DNA of 64,000 nucleotides. Source: Nageia nagi (Eukaryota > Plantae > Pinophyta). Below, piece by piece: positions 1 to 14,900 of this stretch. Location: positions 3,224,001 to 3,288,000 of the forward strand of contig JBITNC010000001.1 of the NCBI GenBank assembly GCA_050084985.1, read 5' to 3'. Within the stretch, counting starts at the first letter, position 1. Every line of letters starts with the position of its first letter. The notes beneath the pieces are model-generated. The model ran no database searches and was not told the DNA's origin. It was given only the letters and a program-made list of their open reading frames with translations. A program made the position numbers and the translations under genes.

Positions 1-1391
1 AGTAGACAAGATAAAAAGTATTAATATGTGTACGTACCCTTCACCCAAACATGAAATTAAATACATAGCATTTTACATAACATAAAATAAATTAATTAAA
101 AATGCATTTAACCTTTTCTAACCATTCTTATATGCATTCTAGGCAAAGGGATCACATTCAAAAATATTCTTCCATTTTAACAATACATTATGCATTTTAT
201 TTTAATTTTCTGAAATAATAAAAAGAGACAAAATGACCTGGGTGTGAGTTGTTAGCATTTAGACAGGGGTCGTTGGTGTTTATACTGAGTCATCAGCATC
301 TGATTCTAGTCACTGGCATTTAGTCTAGATTACTTTATAAAATGTTGGCATTCCTTCTGAGTCATCGACGTCCAATTACAGTCGTTGGCATTTCTGTAAC
401 AGATTTCTTGAAATGCATGGAATGCAAAATTTGAAGTTAGTTCATGGAGGAATTCAAATAACCAAAAAATAGAAAGGTAAAATCATTTTAAAATAAAAAA
501 TGCCCCTATTAATAATGGAAGGGCCCTCCTTCTAGTGCCAGAATGTTGCAGTGAAAATAAAGCTGGAATGTAGAATAACACAAAATATGAATTATTCTTA
601 AATCTTCACTGAACCTCAAATTACATATAATAGATAAACATGTTATAATTGCAAAATGATATTGATTTTCAATTAAGACTACAATTTTCCCTTAGAAGGG
701 ACTTTTACAAATGCCATTTGCCAAAACAAGAGTATTAGATCTCCATTATTTTTTATTTGCTTGCTTCTTTCCTTGATATGAACCTGTAAATCCTACACAC
801 ATGCATAAGACACTAACATAAAAGCATCTATGTATAACATATATTGAATTGAAACTAGCATAAAACAATAAAATGTATGAGCTTACAAGATTTTGGCAGC
901 ATTACCCTACTTTAAAAATGGGTCAAGATTCTCTCTCATTTGCTTTGTATTAACTTGCATTTATAGATTTTGGATGGGATATTCAAGAGGTTGGTAAGAG
1001 GAAGTGAACAACCACCATAGGTTGTAGCTAGCCCCCTCTATCCACATCATCTTGAAAAGATGAATCGTTTCAACTTTCCCTCACCATTTTGGTTTTTTGG
1101 TTCAACTGTTGCAGAGTCACTGGTGTTTGGCCTACGAATGTCGACGATTGGCTCAAAATGTCGATGACTGTCTTGGGTCACTAGCAACTGGGTTTTTAAC
1201 TTTGTGACAATATTAACTGACTGCTTAATAGCCAATTTTACCTAAAAAGAGTCATGTGACCATCCGTTTCGCATGTACTCGATGGGGGCTATCCAATAAT
1301 AGGGTTTTTAGACCTATTTTATATTGTTGTGAAGAGTTATGATTATTTTAATGTTTACTAGTTAAGAAGGGGACATTTTTAGGTGTCTACA
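1..1391 (-). mobile_element. Partial LTR of an LTR retrotransposon (5' terminus at 1391, continues off the left edge)
   Basis: Minus strand begins TGTAGACACCTAAAAATGTCCCC at 1391, a TG-starting LTR-like terminus. The sequence is non-coding with short degenerate internal repeats (~250-400). No partner LTR lies in the window. Confidence 0.35.
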
Positions 1392-3910
1392 CAAACATAA
1401 TTTCATGATCCATAATGATGCAATTGTCATTTCATGGTTTTCTAAAAAATACCATAGAGATTTTTATTCCAAATGCAATTGTCAAGTGTTAAGCAATGAT
1501 ATACATGTATTTTGCATAATAAGTAAGAATACAAAACAAAAAATATTTGATAAGATTATATGTATGCAAAATGAAAAAGAATAACTATTGCATCAATTCA
1601 TCTCCTCACTTAGCCTCACATGATATGCATAAAACATAGGAGGGATTCTTAATAGAAAGGCTTCAAAATATGTGCATGCATAGCATATTTTTAAAAAAAT
1701 CCCTATTTTTAAAATTTACCACCCCTTATTTTAATTTATTAAACCCCTTATGGTAAATCTATATTCATATGTTACTACTCTTTATTCTTAAGTACACTCT
1801 TTTTTATGAGAAGGGAGAGAGTTCATAGTATAACCAAAACAAGCTTTGCAAATTTATTATACAACTTAATTATACAAGCAATAATCATTGAAATATTTAA
1901 TTAATATATATATATACTTATATATAAACTTTAATAGATCCTACAAATTGAAGAGTTAAGAAAGACATTAAAAGATTTATCTATCTATCATTTCCATTAG
2001 TGTAACTTTCCATTAAAAAAACTATATATTTTTCAACAATTACAAAAATAAAAGAGACAAAAAGTGATCCTACAATAGCAACACACCCTTCACATCCCCA
2101 TCCACCTTGTAAAACCATATTTATTTTGAATGTATATTTGAAAAAAGTTAAAAATTCTATTAACTAATCCTCTATGTTTTTTTAGCCTTATAATAGAAGG
2201 TATATTAGAAAGTATTGAGATATCCTTAAAGTGATTATTTAAAATTAAATCTATCTATCGATATATCTATATGTATTTTGATGTTAATAATAATAAATTT
2301 TATTATCTAAATAGTATATAATAAAAATAACTAATTAAATAAGATTTAACATATAATCAAAAAGATAAAAAGCATAATATACAAATAAATAATAATTTAT
2401 GTTATAAGCATAATATCAAACTATGAATACAATAATAAAAAATATAAAATCTCTTTGCTCATCATATCATTATTTTTATGTAACTAACTAAATGTTTCTT
2501 CTCTATGCATACATTTCAAATACTATAGAGTTATTATGCTGAATTATTTTTTTAGAAATCCTTTCATGAGATTCTTGCACCTCCCTCTCCATCTCTTCAC
2601 TCTATAATTATACAATATTCTAAAAAAATAATTCAACATGATGACTCTATAGTTTTTAATAGTGACTTATGTTTAATGATATGGAGACAAACACTTCTAC
2701 CACGTTGACCACTTTTTCACCATATGCTGATTAGGATTCTAGGAAGAAGTAAAATTATTCTATTTCTTCTTGAGTTCTTCTTTGATACCCATAGGATACC
2801 TGGTGCTAACACCAATAATTTATACTTTATAGGATCTCTAGATAGTACATTTTGGCCATGTGTTTTTTTACATTTTTCAATAATAACATTAGATTATCTC
2901 TAGGAAACTTTACTATTTATGTAACATGATAAAAGTTCATGAATATGACATGATCCAATTCATTTTTGATACCTAAATGGAACTTGGTTCTACCATAACT
3001 TATTTCCACTTTGAAATGTTCTCTAGATACTACATTATTGCTATTTATTTTTCATATTGTTAACACCTAAATGATGTCAATGAGACTTCATTGTATATAT
3101 ACTTAGTGTTTGCTAGTCAAGCCAAGAAATCCTAGATACATGTTTTGCACTATCTCATAACATAATAACTACAAGAACAACACATATCTTCCTAATGTGT
3201 AAGAAAAAAATGAGTGGTCACAAATCCTATCATCCTTTTATAGATTCTTTGTTGTACTTCAAATGCACATCATATCTTATTATTAACTTTAATATTTCAT
3301 AGATATCTAGCAATACTACTTGTTTGTGCATATTATGCTAACGTATAAGTTAAGAAAAAAGTTAACATTCATGAATACAGATACATTAAACAACATAGGA
3401 GAGATTAAGACAAGGATATAGCTTGTTGAAAAATGCCATCTTCTTTTAAAATTTCATCAAATGATAAATCATATCCTAGTATTTGGACTCTATTGAAGAA
3501 AAAATAGAAATTAATTTACTAATTTTATATTATATAAACAAGCAAATACAATTTTCTAATCATCATAGCTTATTTCATAATACTCACCTATTTTCTAAAT
3601 CATTTTTCAACCATCAACATTTCACTATTATGTAGTTATAATCAAGCATCTCTAACATAATTTAACTAGAAAAACACCATTAATTTCAATAATTGGCTCA
3701 TATAGGGTTCTTAATATTATATTGTTCTCATATAAAAACTTGCAATTATAAATTTTCACAACCTTTCTTGCTTTGTAGATCATCACAAAATGTGGATCTA
3801 CTAACACATGATCATCTTTTTCTTGAATACATTTAGATGTGCAAATACATAGATTTACAACAAGTGAACTCTTGTTTAATATATTTTTCTTCACATATAA
3901 AAATTTTTAC

Positions 3911-4873
3911 ATGTGAGAGATATCAACAGTCAATAGTTCCAACACTTTTTCAAATGTGCAAATAAATAGAACAATACAACAAGAATCATATCATCTATAC
4001 AAATTTTAGCTAATGGTTCTCTCCTCTAAAGTTGTATAAAACGACACCTATTGCAGAAAGCTTATACTACAACAAACAAAAAGGTAAATCATAAATGGTT
4101 ACATCCTATGGTTCTTGCATATATATAAGATAAAACAAGAATATCAAGATACAATGTGTTGACCTCTTCAAAATTTTAAATATATATATATAACAATTGA
4201 CATACAAAATTCTTCTTTAACTAAAAATAAACTTGCGTAAAGAAATTAAAAAACCTCATTTTGTGTTTATCTTAATTCAATTTTAAATCATGAGATTGGA
4301 TGTTTGAAAGTTGAAGCCATCATTTGCTAAACTGACTTAAATGTACCATTTCATTATTTAATTACCTTTAGAGCATAGTAAGGTAGTCACTTGTACAAAA
4401 ATGAGAACCAAGTTAGTGGCACTAACATGAAATTGCTAAAAAGAAGTCAAAAATATCAATCTAAATATCTAAGCATAAGTTAGCAACATTAACAATTTAT
4501 CACTTCTCAAAGTCACAAAAGCTTTCAATACCCATACTTGAAATTTGGAATATGCCTCTTCAAAGAGCTGTAAATGTTACAAGAAAATAATAAATAGTCA
4601 GTATAAGATTTTAGGCTTTACTATAAATTATCAAGAGGGATATAAAAGCTAATTAATTACATTATGTATGAATTCTATAATTTACAACAGGACCAAAAAC
4701 CATGATATCTCAATACAACTTAATTGCAATAAAAAATATTGATGCAATAATAATACAACATTGAATGAATCAAACCATTATGTATAGAAAACTCCTAATA
4801 AGAATAACAAAATGAAAAGATGCAAACTAATGCTGAAGTATCCTAGAAGCAAATATTCCTAAGACATGATTCA
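3911..4873 (+). repeat. ~0.96-kb diverged direct repeat, copy 1
   Basis: Colinear with 10466-11425 from ATG(T/C)GA(G/A)AGATATCAA to TCCTAAGA(C/T)ATGATTCA, with many substitutions and small indels. Confidence 0.85.
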
Positions 4874-5802
4874 TAAGTTAATGATGATGGATAATAAATA
4901 ATGGAAAAGTAATAAGGTTTTGTTTATATATATTCTATAAAATCAACATTATGCAAAGGTATTCCTGAGATGTTGTAATGACCTATCCAAACACCCTTGT
5001 GGAGACCCTGATGATCTTGAGGGATTTGAATTAAATTTTGAATTGATTTATGAAGTGAAAAGGATTATAAATTGTCTTATGCATAATTTATTTTGATTTG
5101 ATTTTGGCTGTGAGGTTATTATGACATAGGTAATAGGTTGACCAACATTGCTTTCAAGATGGAGATCCCAGGGAACCAAATATGAGTTAGTTGTTGGGAA
5201 TAGATTGGTAAGAGTGAGAAAATGATTGGTATTGAATTGATATTAGCCATAAGGAATATTTTAGATCATGTATATTCATATCACCATTATGATGCATTAT
5301 TTTATATTTCGATGATATATGTATGTGTGCACTAACGAATTGCCTTGCAAGATGAATGATCATCACAAGTTAATATGAATTTTAAAAAAATTATGCATTT
5401 TGAAAATTAATTGATTCTTTTCATAGGAAGGAAGCAATATTCCAATGGTTAGAATTTGAATTTTTCATCAAGAAAATTCAATAGACTTGGGTGAAAATAA
5501 AATTAGGGGTTGAAAGGATTATTTGCTTCATTTTGTTAGTTGCAAGTTATCTTGGAATTTTGTGGCAATAATTGAAAGAAGAAACCGCATACAATTTGTT
5601 TTCATGTATTAGGTGTAGGAAATTATTAGAAATATTTTGTAACCTAGTATGAGGTGTCCAAAGCATTTGGGTAGGATACACCATTTGCAAACAAAATTAT
5701 TTGACACCTTTCATAAAAAATTAAAATACCTACACCTACCCAACAAAATAAATGAGTTGGATGAATAGTCCTACTTTTGGAGGGACTATGTCAAAATTTG
5801 AC

Positions 5803-5810
5803 TATAAATA
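5803..5810 (+). promoter_or_regulatory. Putative LTR TATA box
   Basis: TATAAATA lies ~830 bp from the LTR start and is followed by a CT-rich tract. The related LTR has TATAAATA at the equivalent position (30992-30999, minus). Confidence 0.5.
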
Positions 5811-6229
5811 CTAGATGAGTGACCCTTAGAAAGCCTATTTCTCTCTCTCTCTTTCTCTTTCCAAAAATCTTGGTCTAGGATCCTGTAGAAGAGGAAGCAT
5901 ATTCTCAAGCTCAGATGCATCTCTTTCATTTTAGTTTCTAATACTAAAATGATTTCTTTTCAATTCTCCAAGGTTTTATAGTGATAAACCCCATTGTATT
6001 GAGAGATGGGTAGGTTATTTAATGTGTTAATTAGTAAGATTTGTACTACTCATTAACTTCATAAGAGTAGAGACCTTGAAAAGAGAGGAGTTTGTCTCTA
6101 TTTTCTTGTTAATGCATATGAATGTGGAGTACTACCATGTATTTTAAATTATTTATAATAGGGAAGCGACATTACATGGATTTTAAGTTATATATTTTAT
6201 TTTAAAAAAGAAATCACAAGTGAATTTTA

Positions 6230-7800
6230 ATATGACAAGCTAGTGCATAGAAAAGACTACCCAATGTCATCTTTTATACTATATACCTACTCATAGGCTC
6301 CCTAGCATGTAGGCATTGAGCATATTCATTGATTAATGGCACTCTACAATGGTGCATTTGATAAAGTATCTTGAAGTGGCTCATTGTGTTCTGATGTAGT
6401 ACCTTGCCAAAAAGTTGCCAGGCCTTCTATGCATCTCGATCCCATGATACTACCCCTCGATGGAGCATTTCATCCAACATTATTATATCTTGTCCATAGC
6501 CTTTTCAATAAATCATTTTGTGCATATCCTGCTATGATCATAATCCATCAACTAGGCTTTGTGTATTCTTTTTCATTCACATGGTTGCTATTTTGGAAGA
6601 ATGCTCGCAAATATTGTAGAGTTGGCTTTACATTTGACAATTGCAACTACTTAAATGCCTCCATAAAACCTATTTTGTATGCATCCTGCTATGATTGCAA
6701 TCCATAGAACTAGGCCTTGCAGTCCCATTTTGGAAGGATGCTCATAGAGGTTACAAAGTTTGGCTTTGCACTTGATGATTGCATCTGTTTAAATACCTCT
6801 AATACTTTTCAAAAAAATGACTTTCATGTGTATCCTTCCATCATTGCATTTCATGAGACTGCATCTTGATGAGGTAGTTTGTTAAATAATTCAAGGATCC
6901 TTTTAGTGTATCCATTTAAGAAGTCAATGCACACCATGAGAATGCACTCGCTACAACATACTAAAAATAATTTTAGGACCCTTTCAGCATATCTATTTTT
7001 ATGATATTGTTACACTCATGAGAGTCCATTTCAGAGAGATCATTTTTTCAATCAATTCATGGCCTACTCGATGAGGCTCTTTATCAAACAATCTACTAGA
7101 TTTTCAAGTGAATCCAAAATAAACTTGGTGAAATCACCTTGACTTTGAGCTTGCAAGGATTCAGTTTCATATCAATATGCATAAGAAAAGGTAAATATTG
7201 ATGTGCTTATATTTTAGGAATGATCTTCAACATTTTATCTTCCTAATTATTTATCCTTTCATTGTAAGTATAAAGTTCTTTTCCAAATGACCTAGCTTAT
7301 CTAAGTTTGTGAGACTCTATCTAGGAATATGTGTGGGTTCAAATATGATCTACTTGTATGTTTTGTAATGGTTATCCAACTTCAAGTAATTTATTTGTAA
7401 AATAGCCTATTAAATTTTAACTAGAAAGAAAGCTTTATCACGCAGGGAATATCTAAACTATGGAGTATATATATCCTAGTAAATCCATCTTTTATTTGAT
7501 TCTAATCCCTATGAAGTAGATGAGTTTCTAAAGTCTTATGCCACTAATTTGAATTATTTCTTCTTTTTTTGAGGTGCTCGATCAAAAAATTCATGGGACC
7601 CTTTCAATCTTTTGCTTTGAACCTTTGATGAGGCATTTTTGTCAAACAATTTGTGGGTCTTTTAGATGTACCATGACACCCATAAGATGATTTTGATGAG
7701 GTATTTTGGTAGGACCTGTCAATGTATTTATAATACTTATTTTTCATGATGGGAAATTTGCCAAATATTTCATTGACCTTTGATGGTTCTCTTGAAAGGT
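6230..7800 (-). pseudogene. Degenerate PLS-class PPR gene fragments inside the LTR
   Basis: Minus strand gives broken PPR motifs such as WIAIIAGCIQN..., LQLSNVKP..., IFASILP, plus repeated LFDK.PHR-type cores near 6860-7090 and 7560-7800. Many stops and frameshifts. Confidence 0.75.
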
Positions 7801-10465
7801 GAAATAAATGGATTCAAATCCTGGAAAACTAAATTGTTAATATTCATCACTCAATTAAGTGGTATTGATTTAATTAATTTTGAGTAGTCTTCAATATTAT
7901 AAATAAGTGTGTTTTTAAAATAGTAACTTTCATAAGGATGAGGGTAAACTTAGGTAGGGAAATATATTGTTTCCATGCTATGGATCATTAAATGGATATC
8001 CTTATAGAATTAAATTGGATATGGGTATTTACATTTAAATTCTTGTTAGTATAAACTTACATGTCAAGGATTTGATTCAATGATATAAAAAGGGATTATT
8101 AGGATTTCAATATCCTTTAATTTTAGTTATACTACCAAGTATGAGTAATTTATATGGGAATTGAAAGAAAAACTAGGGGATGGAATTGTAATTGTTCGAT
8201 TTTTGTAATGATAATATGCATGATGATGATAGGTAACCTTTTGAAAAGGCTTAAAATCTATCTAGATCAAACATGAAATATTGTTTGGAATAGAATTGCT
8301 TGATATTTTGATTAGTATTTTGAATGGAATGATGATTATGGAAAATTATTGATCAATAAATATAGGTAGTCTTTAAAAAGGCATGGAACCTATTCAGATC
8401 AGAAATGAAGTATTATTTGAAACAAAATTACTTGATACTTTGATTAATATTTTGAATGGAATGATTCATTTGGAAAGTTATTAGGCTCCATGATCAAGGA
8501 TGATAGGTAGTCTCCAACAAGACATAAAATCTATTGAGATAAACTTAGAGTAATATGTTATATTTGCATCTATGGTAGAATGCATTCCATGATTCTAAAG
8601 AGTTGTCCTAATCCTCATCAATTCTAATTAAATTCCTAGTACTTTACACCATATTATTTTGGTTCCCTTAGATGGAGGCATGCTCAAGGATGATGGTAGA
8701 TGGATGGAGACTTGTTAAAGATAAGCATGGTGTCAAGGAACACCTTTAAAGTTGATCATGCTCATGTAAAAGGTTTACTGTAAATTATACTATAATGGAA
8801 AACCCTAAATTGATACTTCATGTATGAAGGAGAAAGGATTTATAGATAGTTAAAGGCTAGAATCATTCTAAGTGTGATGAAATTCCTCATTAGAGAAATT
8901 AATAACTTGATATTTGTAAGAGTATTATGTATGGTATGATGTGCTTTCCTTTATAACCAATAAAGTTCAATATACCTTTTGTCTAAAACATGGGAGTCTA
9001 TCATGATATACCCTCTTCATACATTAAATGCATTGGTGTATTAGTATTAATAAATTTAAGTCCTTATCATAAAAATGTGATTATGTATCAAAGCAACTGA
9101 AATAAGATCTTAAGATGTAATTTGGATTATACCACATAAAAAGGAGTAGGAAACCTCATAACTATTCAATATTCATCATTATAAGAAACAAGTTAAACTA
9201 TTACCCAATTATAGATAATAAGATGGGATACCAGGTTATGCACTAAGATAAAGAAGCAAACTAAGAGATATTATGGGTAGTACATATCATGTGAATACTA
9301 CCATTGAATTGATAAAGGAGTCAAATATATTTCCAATAAAAAAATACAAGGTAACGGTCCTTAAAGTAATCAACATAAATGATCAAAAGTTCATAACCTT
9401 AGTGCTTGACATTGGAAATTAAAAATAATTCAGCTCAAAACTAATTAAAACTTAGATATCCCTTAGGATTGGAGAAACAGTTAATATAAATTAGGACCCC
9501 TGAATAATGAATGGAAAATCTAACCAAGTATTGATTAGACTTTGAAATCTAGAAAGAAACATTTGACATGTTATTTCAATAAGTGTCCTTGGGTATATTT
9601 ACATGACATCACACTCCTTACTAGGAAACAACTTTGAGCATGATAGGACTTTTATTATTCTTCGATGAGTGTTGCTCTTTCTTCATAGTGTGCATATGAT
9701 AATTTATGATTAAAATTCATTTGTTAGCTTCAGAATAAAATTATCTAAAATTCTTGTGCACTTATATGATTAATGCTTTTGGTAGAAAATTATGGAATTA
9801 AATTAACAAACCACTCGAGGTATTTTAATCAATACCATGGGTCCCTAGATATGGGCATGTGATGTCGGACTCATGGTGGGCTTATATGATAGATATGGTA
9901 GCTAATGTCCCATACTCAATATGGTTCAAATAGGGTAGCAATTGATAAAACTAATTACCAAGTGAGGGTAACTATTATTCATACTGCTCATAGTTTAAGT
10001 AATAGGAGTATGATGATTTCCATAGGTGATGATAATACCCATTTCATATGGAGATTGCTCGGATAGACATTCTGCCTATGAATTGAAGGTCATACATTAG
10101 GTGAGGATGTTCGTCTTAAGAATAGTATTCTTTGGTGATATGGCCCAAGTAGGAAACCACAATGCCATGACCCGAATGTCCTTGAATAGTTCAGGATAGG
10201 AATAGTGGATCACCTATAGGCATTTCCAATGGGTGAGCATTGAGAATTGAATACCAACTTTTTTTTTATAAGGATGGTTATCTAATCTACATCTTGCCAT
10301 ATGGGTGCTGGACTAACACATTGCATCTCATGTGGATCACCTAGTCCATTTTCTAGATCATGGAGTGTTTCATTTTAATTTAAACAAAAAAAATTAATCT
10401 AAATTTTTAGGGTTTTGTGAATTAGGAAATAATTTGGTAAGAAGCTTTTAAGGTGGAGCACTACA

Positions 10466-11425
10466 ATGCGAAAGATATCAATAGTTAATAGCTCCAACAC
10501 TTCATCAAATTACCAATAAATGAACAATATAGCAAGAATCTTCATCAATAAAAACTTTAACTGAGGCTACTCTATAAAATCATAAAAAATAACATCTATT
10601 GTAGAAATCTATATATGAAAAATAAAAAGGTAAATTAAAAATAGTTACATCCTTTGGTTTCTGCATTTATAATACAAAGAAAGATATAAGATACAATGTG
10701 TTAACTTATTCAATTTTTAATATATACACCATTGATAGAAAAATTCTCTTTAACTAAAAAACTCATGCAAAGAAACTAAAAAACCTCAATTTATGATTAA
10801 TCTTACTTTAATGTAAGTCTGAACTGATGTTTGAAAGATGAAACCATCATTTGTAAACTACTTGACAATCATTTCATTAGTTTAATTGCCTTTCAAACAC
10901 AATAAGTAGTCCCATACAAAATAAGAACCAAGCTAGTGACACTAAAATGAAACTAATAAAAAAAAAGTCAAAAATACAATCTAAACATACTAAGGACATA
11001 ATTTAGCAACATTAATATTTTATCCCTTCTTAAAGTCACAAAAGCTTTTAGTACTCGTACTTGAAACATAGAATATGCCTCTTTAGAGAGCTACAAATAT
11101 AACAAGTAAATAACAAATAGTTAGTATAAAATTTTAGGCTTTAATATAAATATCAAGAGGAATATAAATCATATAATTGATTACATTACATAGGAATTCT
11201 ATAATTTGCAATATGACCAAAAATCATGATCTCTTAATATAACATAAGTATAATGGAAAGTATTCATGCAACAATAGTTCAACATGATTGTAACATTAAC
11301 AATGCTAAGGTATTGAAATGCATCAAACCATTATCTATAGAAAAATCCTAACAAAAATAATAAAATTAAAAGTTGTAGAACAATATTAAAGTCTCCTAGA
11401 AGTAACTCTCCTAAGATATGATTCA
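10466..11425 (+). repeat. ~0.96-kb diverged direct repeat, copy 2
   Basis: Colinear with 3911-4873. It begins immediately after the solo LTR 3' end. Confidence 0.85.
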
Positions 11426-11586
11426 AACCTGTGTCACCACAACCTCGAAGCCAACATCAAACTGACAAAAATGATGCATATATCATTCATACATAATTAA
11501 TTTCATAATAAAATTATTTCAAACTTTATTTCAACTCCCCCAAGGTCATTCGAGTATGAACAAGAGTGTTTAGGCGAGTCATTACA
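11426..11586 (-). repeat. Truncated 3' LTR (first ~160 bp) of the large element
   Basis: Minus strand starts TGTAATGACTCGCC directly after a polypurine tract and is homologous to 31676-31833. Confidence 0.75.
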
Positions 11587-11917
11587 TACTACCCCCTTAA
11601 AAGGAACACAATCCCTTGTGTTCTTAGACTATAATAATAATAAACTGTAATAATGTTTACATAACCATCCAAATCATTAAAATGTTTATCTTTTTATATA
11701 AAATATAGTTTTTTTCAAATGGAAAAATATTCTTCAAACATGTATATATCTTCTTATTACTCATCTTCCTAGTCCTAAAACTAGGGCTTGATGGAAGAGC
11801 TTCAACATCCAGGTGATCAAATACCTACAATATTAAAGAAATTAAGCATAAAATGGATAAAAATATTTCTTCTCAATAGGGATATATGTAGACATATTAT
11901 CCCTTCTTGATAAATTA

Positions 11918-14900
11918 TTTTCTTTAATCACTAGATGCTTATAACATACTCATATTCTCACTTATAGATTTAAACAAAAATTATTCACCATTATGAGATC
12001 ATACAATTGCATATAAAATTCAAAATTTTATCAATGTAAATCACAAAACACTAGCAATCTCAAATTCACAACAAGATCAACATAATGATTTACCTTGGTT
12101 CACCCAATATGAGCTAATCCAACATGGAATTGGAGCCTTCTCTTCTCCTTGTCTATGGATATTACAATATTACATGCATAGAGAAATACCATCTATAAAA
12201 TGGCAATACAATCTCCTATAATTACTACAATCTCCTACAACAAGAAAAAAAAACAATCTCAAAACTACAAAATTTTGGAATGACTCTTGGTCTTCCTTCA
12301 AATATTACAATCCCAAAATCCTACAACTCTCCATTCTCCTTATGGAATCAAAGAGTAGCATTCCCCTTAAATAAGCATGAAATCATCTTCAAGACAATGG
12401 TTGAATACATTGAACTACTTAGTGGTCCAAAACATTAATGGTCTAAATACAATATAATATATCATTGGTGGAGTGGTTCTATATGTCAATCAACTCCAAA
12501 TTTTAGTCTTCGACTAGTATCCAAGCATAGGTACCTCTGGAATGAGTATTGCTCCTACAAAGATAACCTAACATGATCCAATTCAAATTGTACCTTCCTA
12601 ATGGGAGAGAATTTGGTCCTAGAAATGCATATACGAGGATACAATTCCCCAACTCTTAGCTTATCCATCCAATTGGCTTTGTTAAGCTTCTATCCTTTCA
12701 ATCCAACCAACCACCACTCTATCTCACCTCTCCTTTGTAGTATGAGCCTTGTTTTGCAATATGGAATCCTCTTTGAGTTCATTCATAGTATTAGGAGCTA
12801 AGTCATCAAGATATGGAAAAATTTGATCTAAACCTACTTCATCTTTAGTAAACATATATGGCTCATACATTTTCAAATGCTCAACATTCACAACTAAATA
12901 GATGTTCATATATTCTGATAGAATCAATCTAAAAGCATTCTCACTTACTTGTTGCATAATCTCAAACGGTTCATACCTTATAGGCTTCAACTCCTTAGCT
13001 AGTCCTTCCAACCTTTCCTTACTAATATGCAACCAAACATGGTCTCTGACATGAAACTTATTATCAACTCTATTTGTTTCATGTCTCATCTTGTACTTGG
13101 CTTGGCTTGTCTCAAGTTGCTCTTGGAATTTCAAATGAATTTGCCTAATATTTTGAAAAAAATTTCCATCTTGCTTTTCTTCTTTCTCAACTAAATCTTC
13201 TTCATCCTTTTGCCTCCCAAACATAATTAAAAGGTGAAGGTGGTAAATAACCAAAATAAGTCTCAAAAGGACTCTTATTAATGGAAGAATGAATTTCCTT
13301 ATTATATGAATGTTGAATATATTCAATATGTTCATCCTAAGACTTAGGATGCTTGTCACAATAACCCCTCAAAAATCGAACCACTATCCTATTCACCACC
13401 TTGGTTTGTCCTTCTATTTGAGGATGAAAGGTAATACTCCTCTTCAACCTTGTAGCCATCTTTTCCCACAAACATGTACAAAACTTGCCCAAAAATTTAC
13501 TATCTCTATCTAAAACAATGGAATTAGGCAATCCAAAATGAACCTAAACATGAAAAAAGAACAAATTTGCAGCATCTTATCCTATTATAGTCTTTTTATA
13601 TGGAATCAAAACATACATCTTGCTAAATCTATCCACAACAACAAATAAATAGTCATGAACCTTCTTTATCATAGGAAATTCTCCCATAAAATCCATTAAG
13701 ATACACTCTCATGGACATGAAGGTACTAGAAGTGGCCGAGACAAACCCAAATTCATGTTGGCTTGCTAATGCAACACAAAGAACATCCCCTTATGTACTT
13801 TGTAACTTGATCTTACATCTTTGGTTAATATACATACCTTTATAAATTGTACAACATCTTTCCAACCCCAAAATGTCCTGCAACATTTGAAGTATGTGCT
13901 TCTCTAATTAATCAAATCCTTTCACATATAGGTACACATAATGCATTAAAATGATAAATAAGTCCATTTGTAAATTAAAATAATCCAAACCCCCAAAGTT
14001 GTACCTAGATAGACACAACTACTCATACACTTCTCTGAAGTCAAGATTCTATACATATGCCTCTACAAATGACTCAAACAGAAAAGAAAGAAATTTCAAC
14101 ACTAAGACGAGCTCACTGAACCCTATTTGGACATTTCTAATGACCCATAATCAGTATTGTATGATAATAATAGCATGGAATTTGTAGTTATAGGTGGTCT
14201 AGAAAGCATGTCAACAACCTTGTTATATGTTCCTTTCTTATACTTGATCACTAGATGAAATTGTTGCAAAATATCCATCCATCCATAGTGTCTAATTTGT
14301 TGTAATTTTAATTGAGTTTGTAAATAATTTAATGGTTTATGATTAGTATGAATGATTATTTCTTTCCCCATCAAGTAATGTTTCCACTTTTTAACAGCTT
14401 AAACCAATGCATAGATTTCCTTATCATAAGTAGGATAATTCAAAATAGACCCAATAAATTTTTTAGAATTATAGCAAATTGGTTTACCTTCTTCTAACAA
14501 AATAGCTTCCATGGCATAGTCACTTGCATCAATCTCCACTTTAAATGGCTTTTGTAAATTAGGTAGTGCTAGCATAGGTGCACTAATAATCTTTTGCTTC
14601 AAAGTATCAAAATATATTTGTTGTTATTTCTCCCATTGAAAAACTTGCCTCTTGTCGGTTACATCATGTAAAGGTGAAGCAATATGAGAAAAATCAATAA
14701 TACACTTTCTCAAATATTGACAAGACCTAAAAAAATCCTCCCTTCAGTTATATTAGATGGCCTTGACCAATCTACTAGAGCATTTACTTTACTACGATCT
14801 ATCTTAAGTTTCCCATGACCAATAACATGGCCCACATATACCAAAAACTCTTTGCCAAACTCACATTTTGAATGTTTCAACAAAAACTTCTCCCTATGGA

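Larger units (their letters stand above)
4974..10465 (+). mobile_element. Large (~5.5 kb) solo LTR carrying antisense PPR fragments
   Basis: Starts TGTAATGACC and ends GCACTACA. Flanks ATGT/ATGC are a probable 4-bp TSD. Both ends are homologous to the reverse complement of the 26150-31833 LTR (GAGACCCTGATGATCT at the 5' end, CTCATGTGGATCACC near the 3' end). No PBS follows it. Confidence 0.7.

Noticed and set aside
1400-3900. Possible decayed DNA-transposon or gene remnant, including ORF 3652-3894
   Set aside because: No recognisable motif or termini were found.
6384-6707. 107-aa plus-strand ORF
   Set aside because: It is antisense to a recognisable PPR fragment and has no coding signal of its own.
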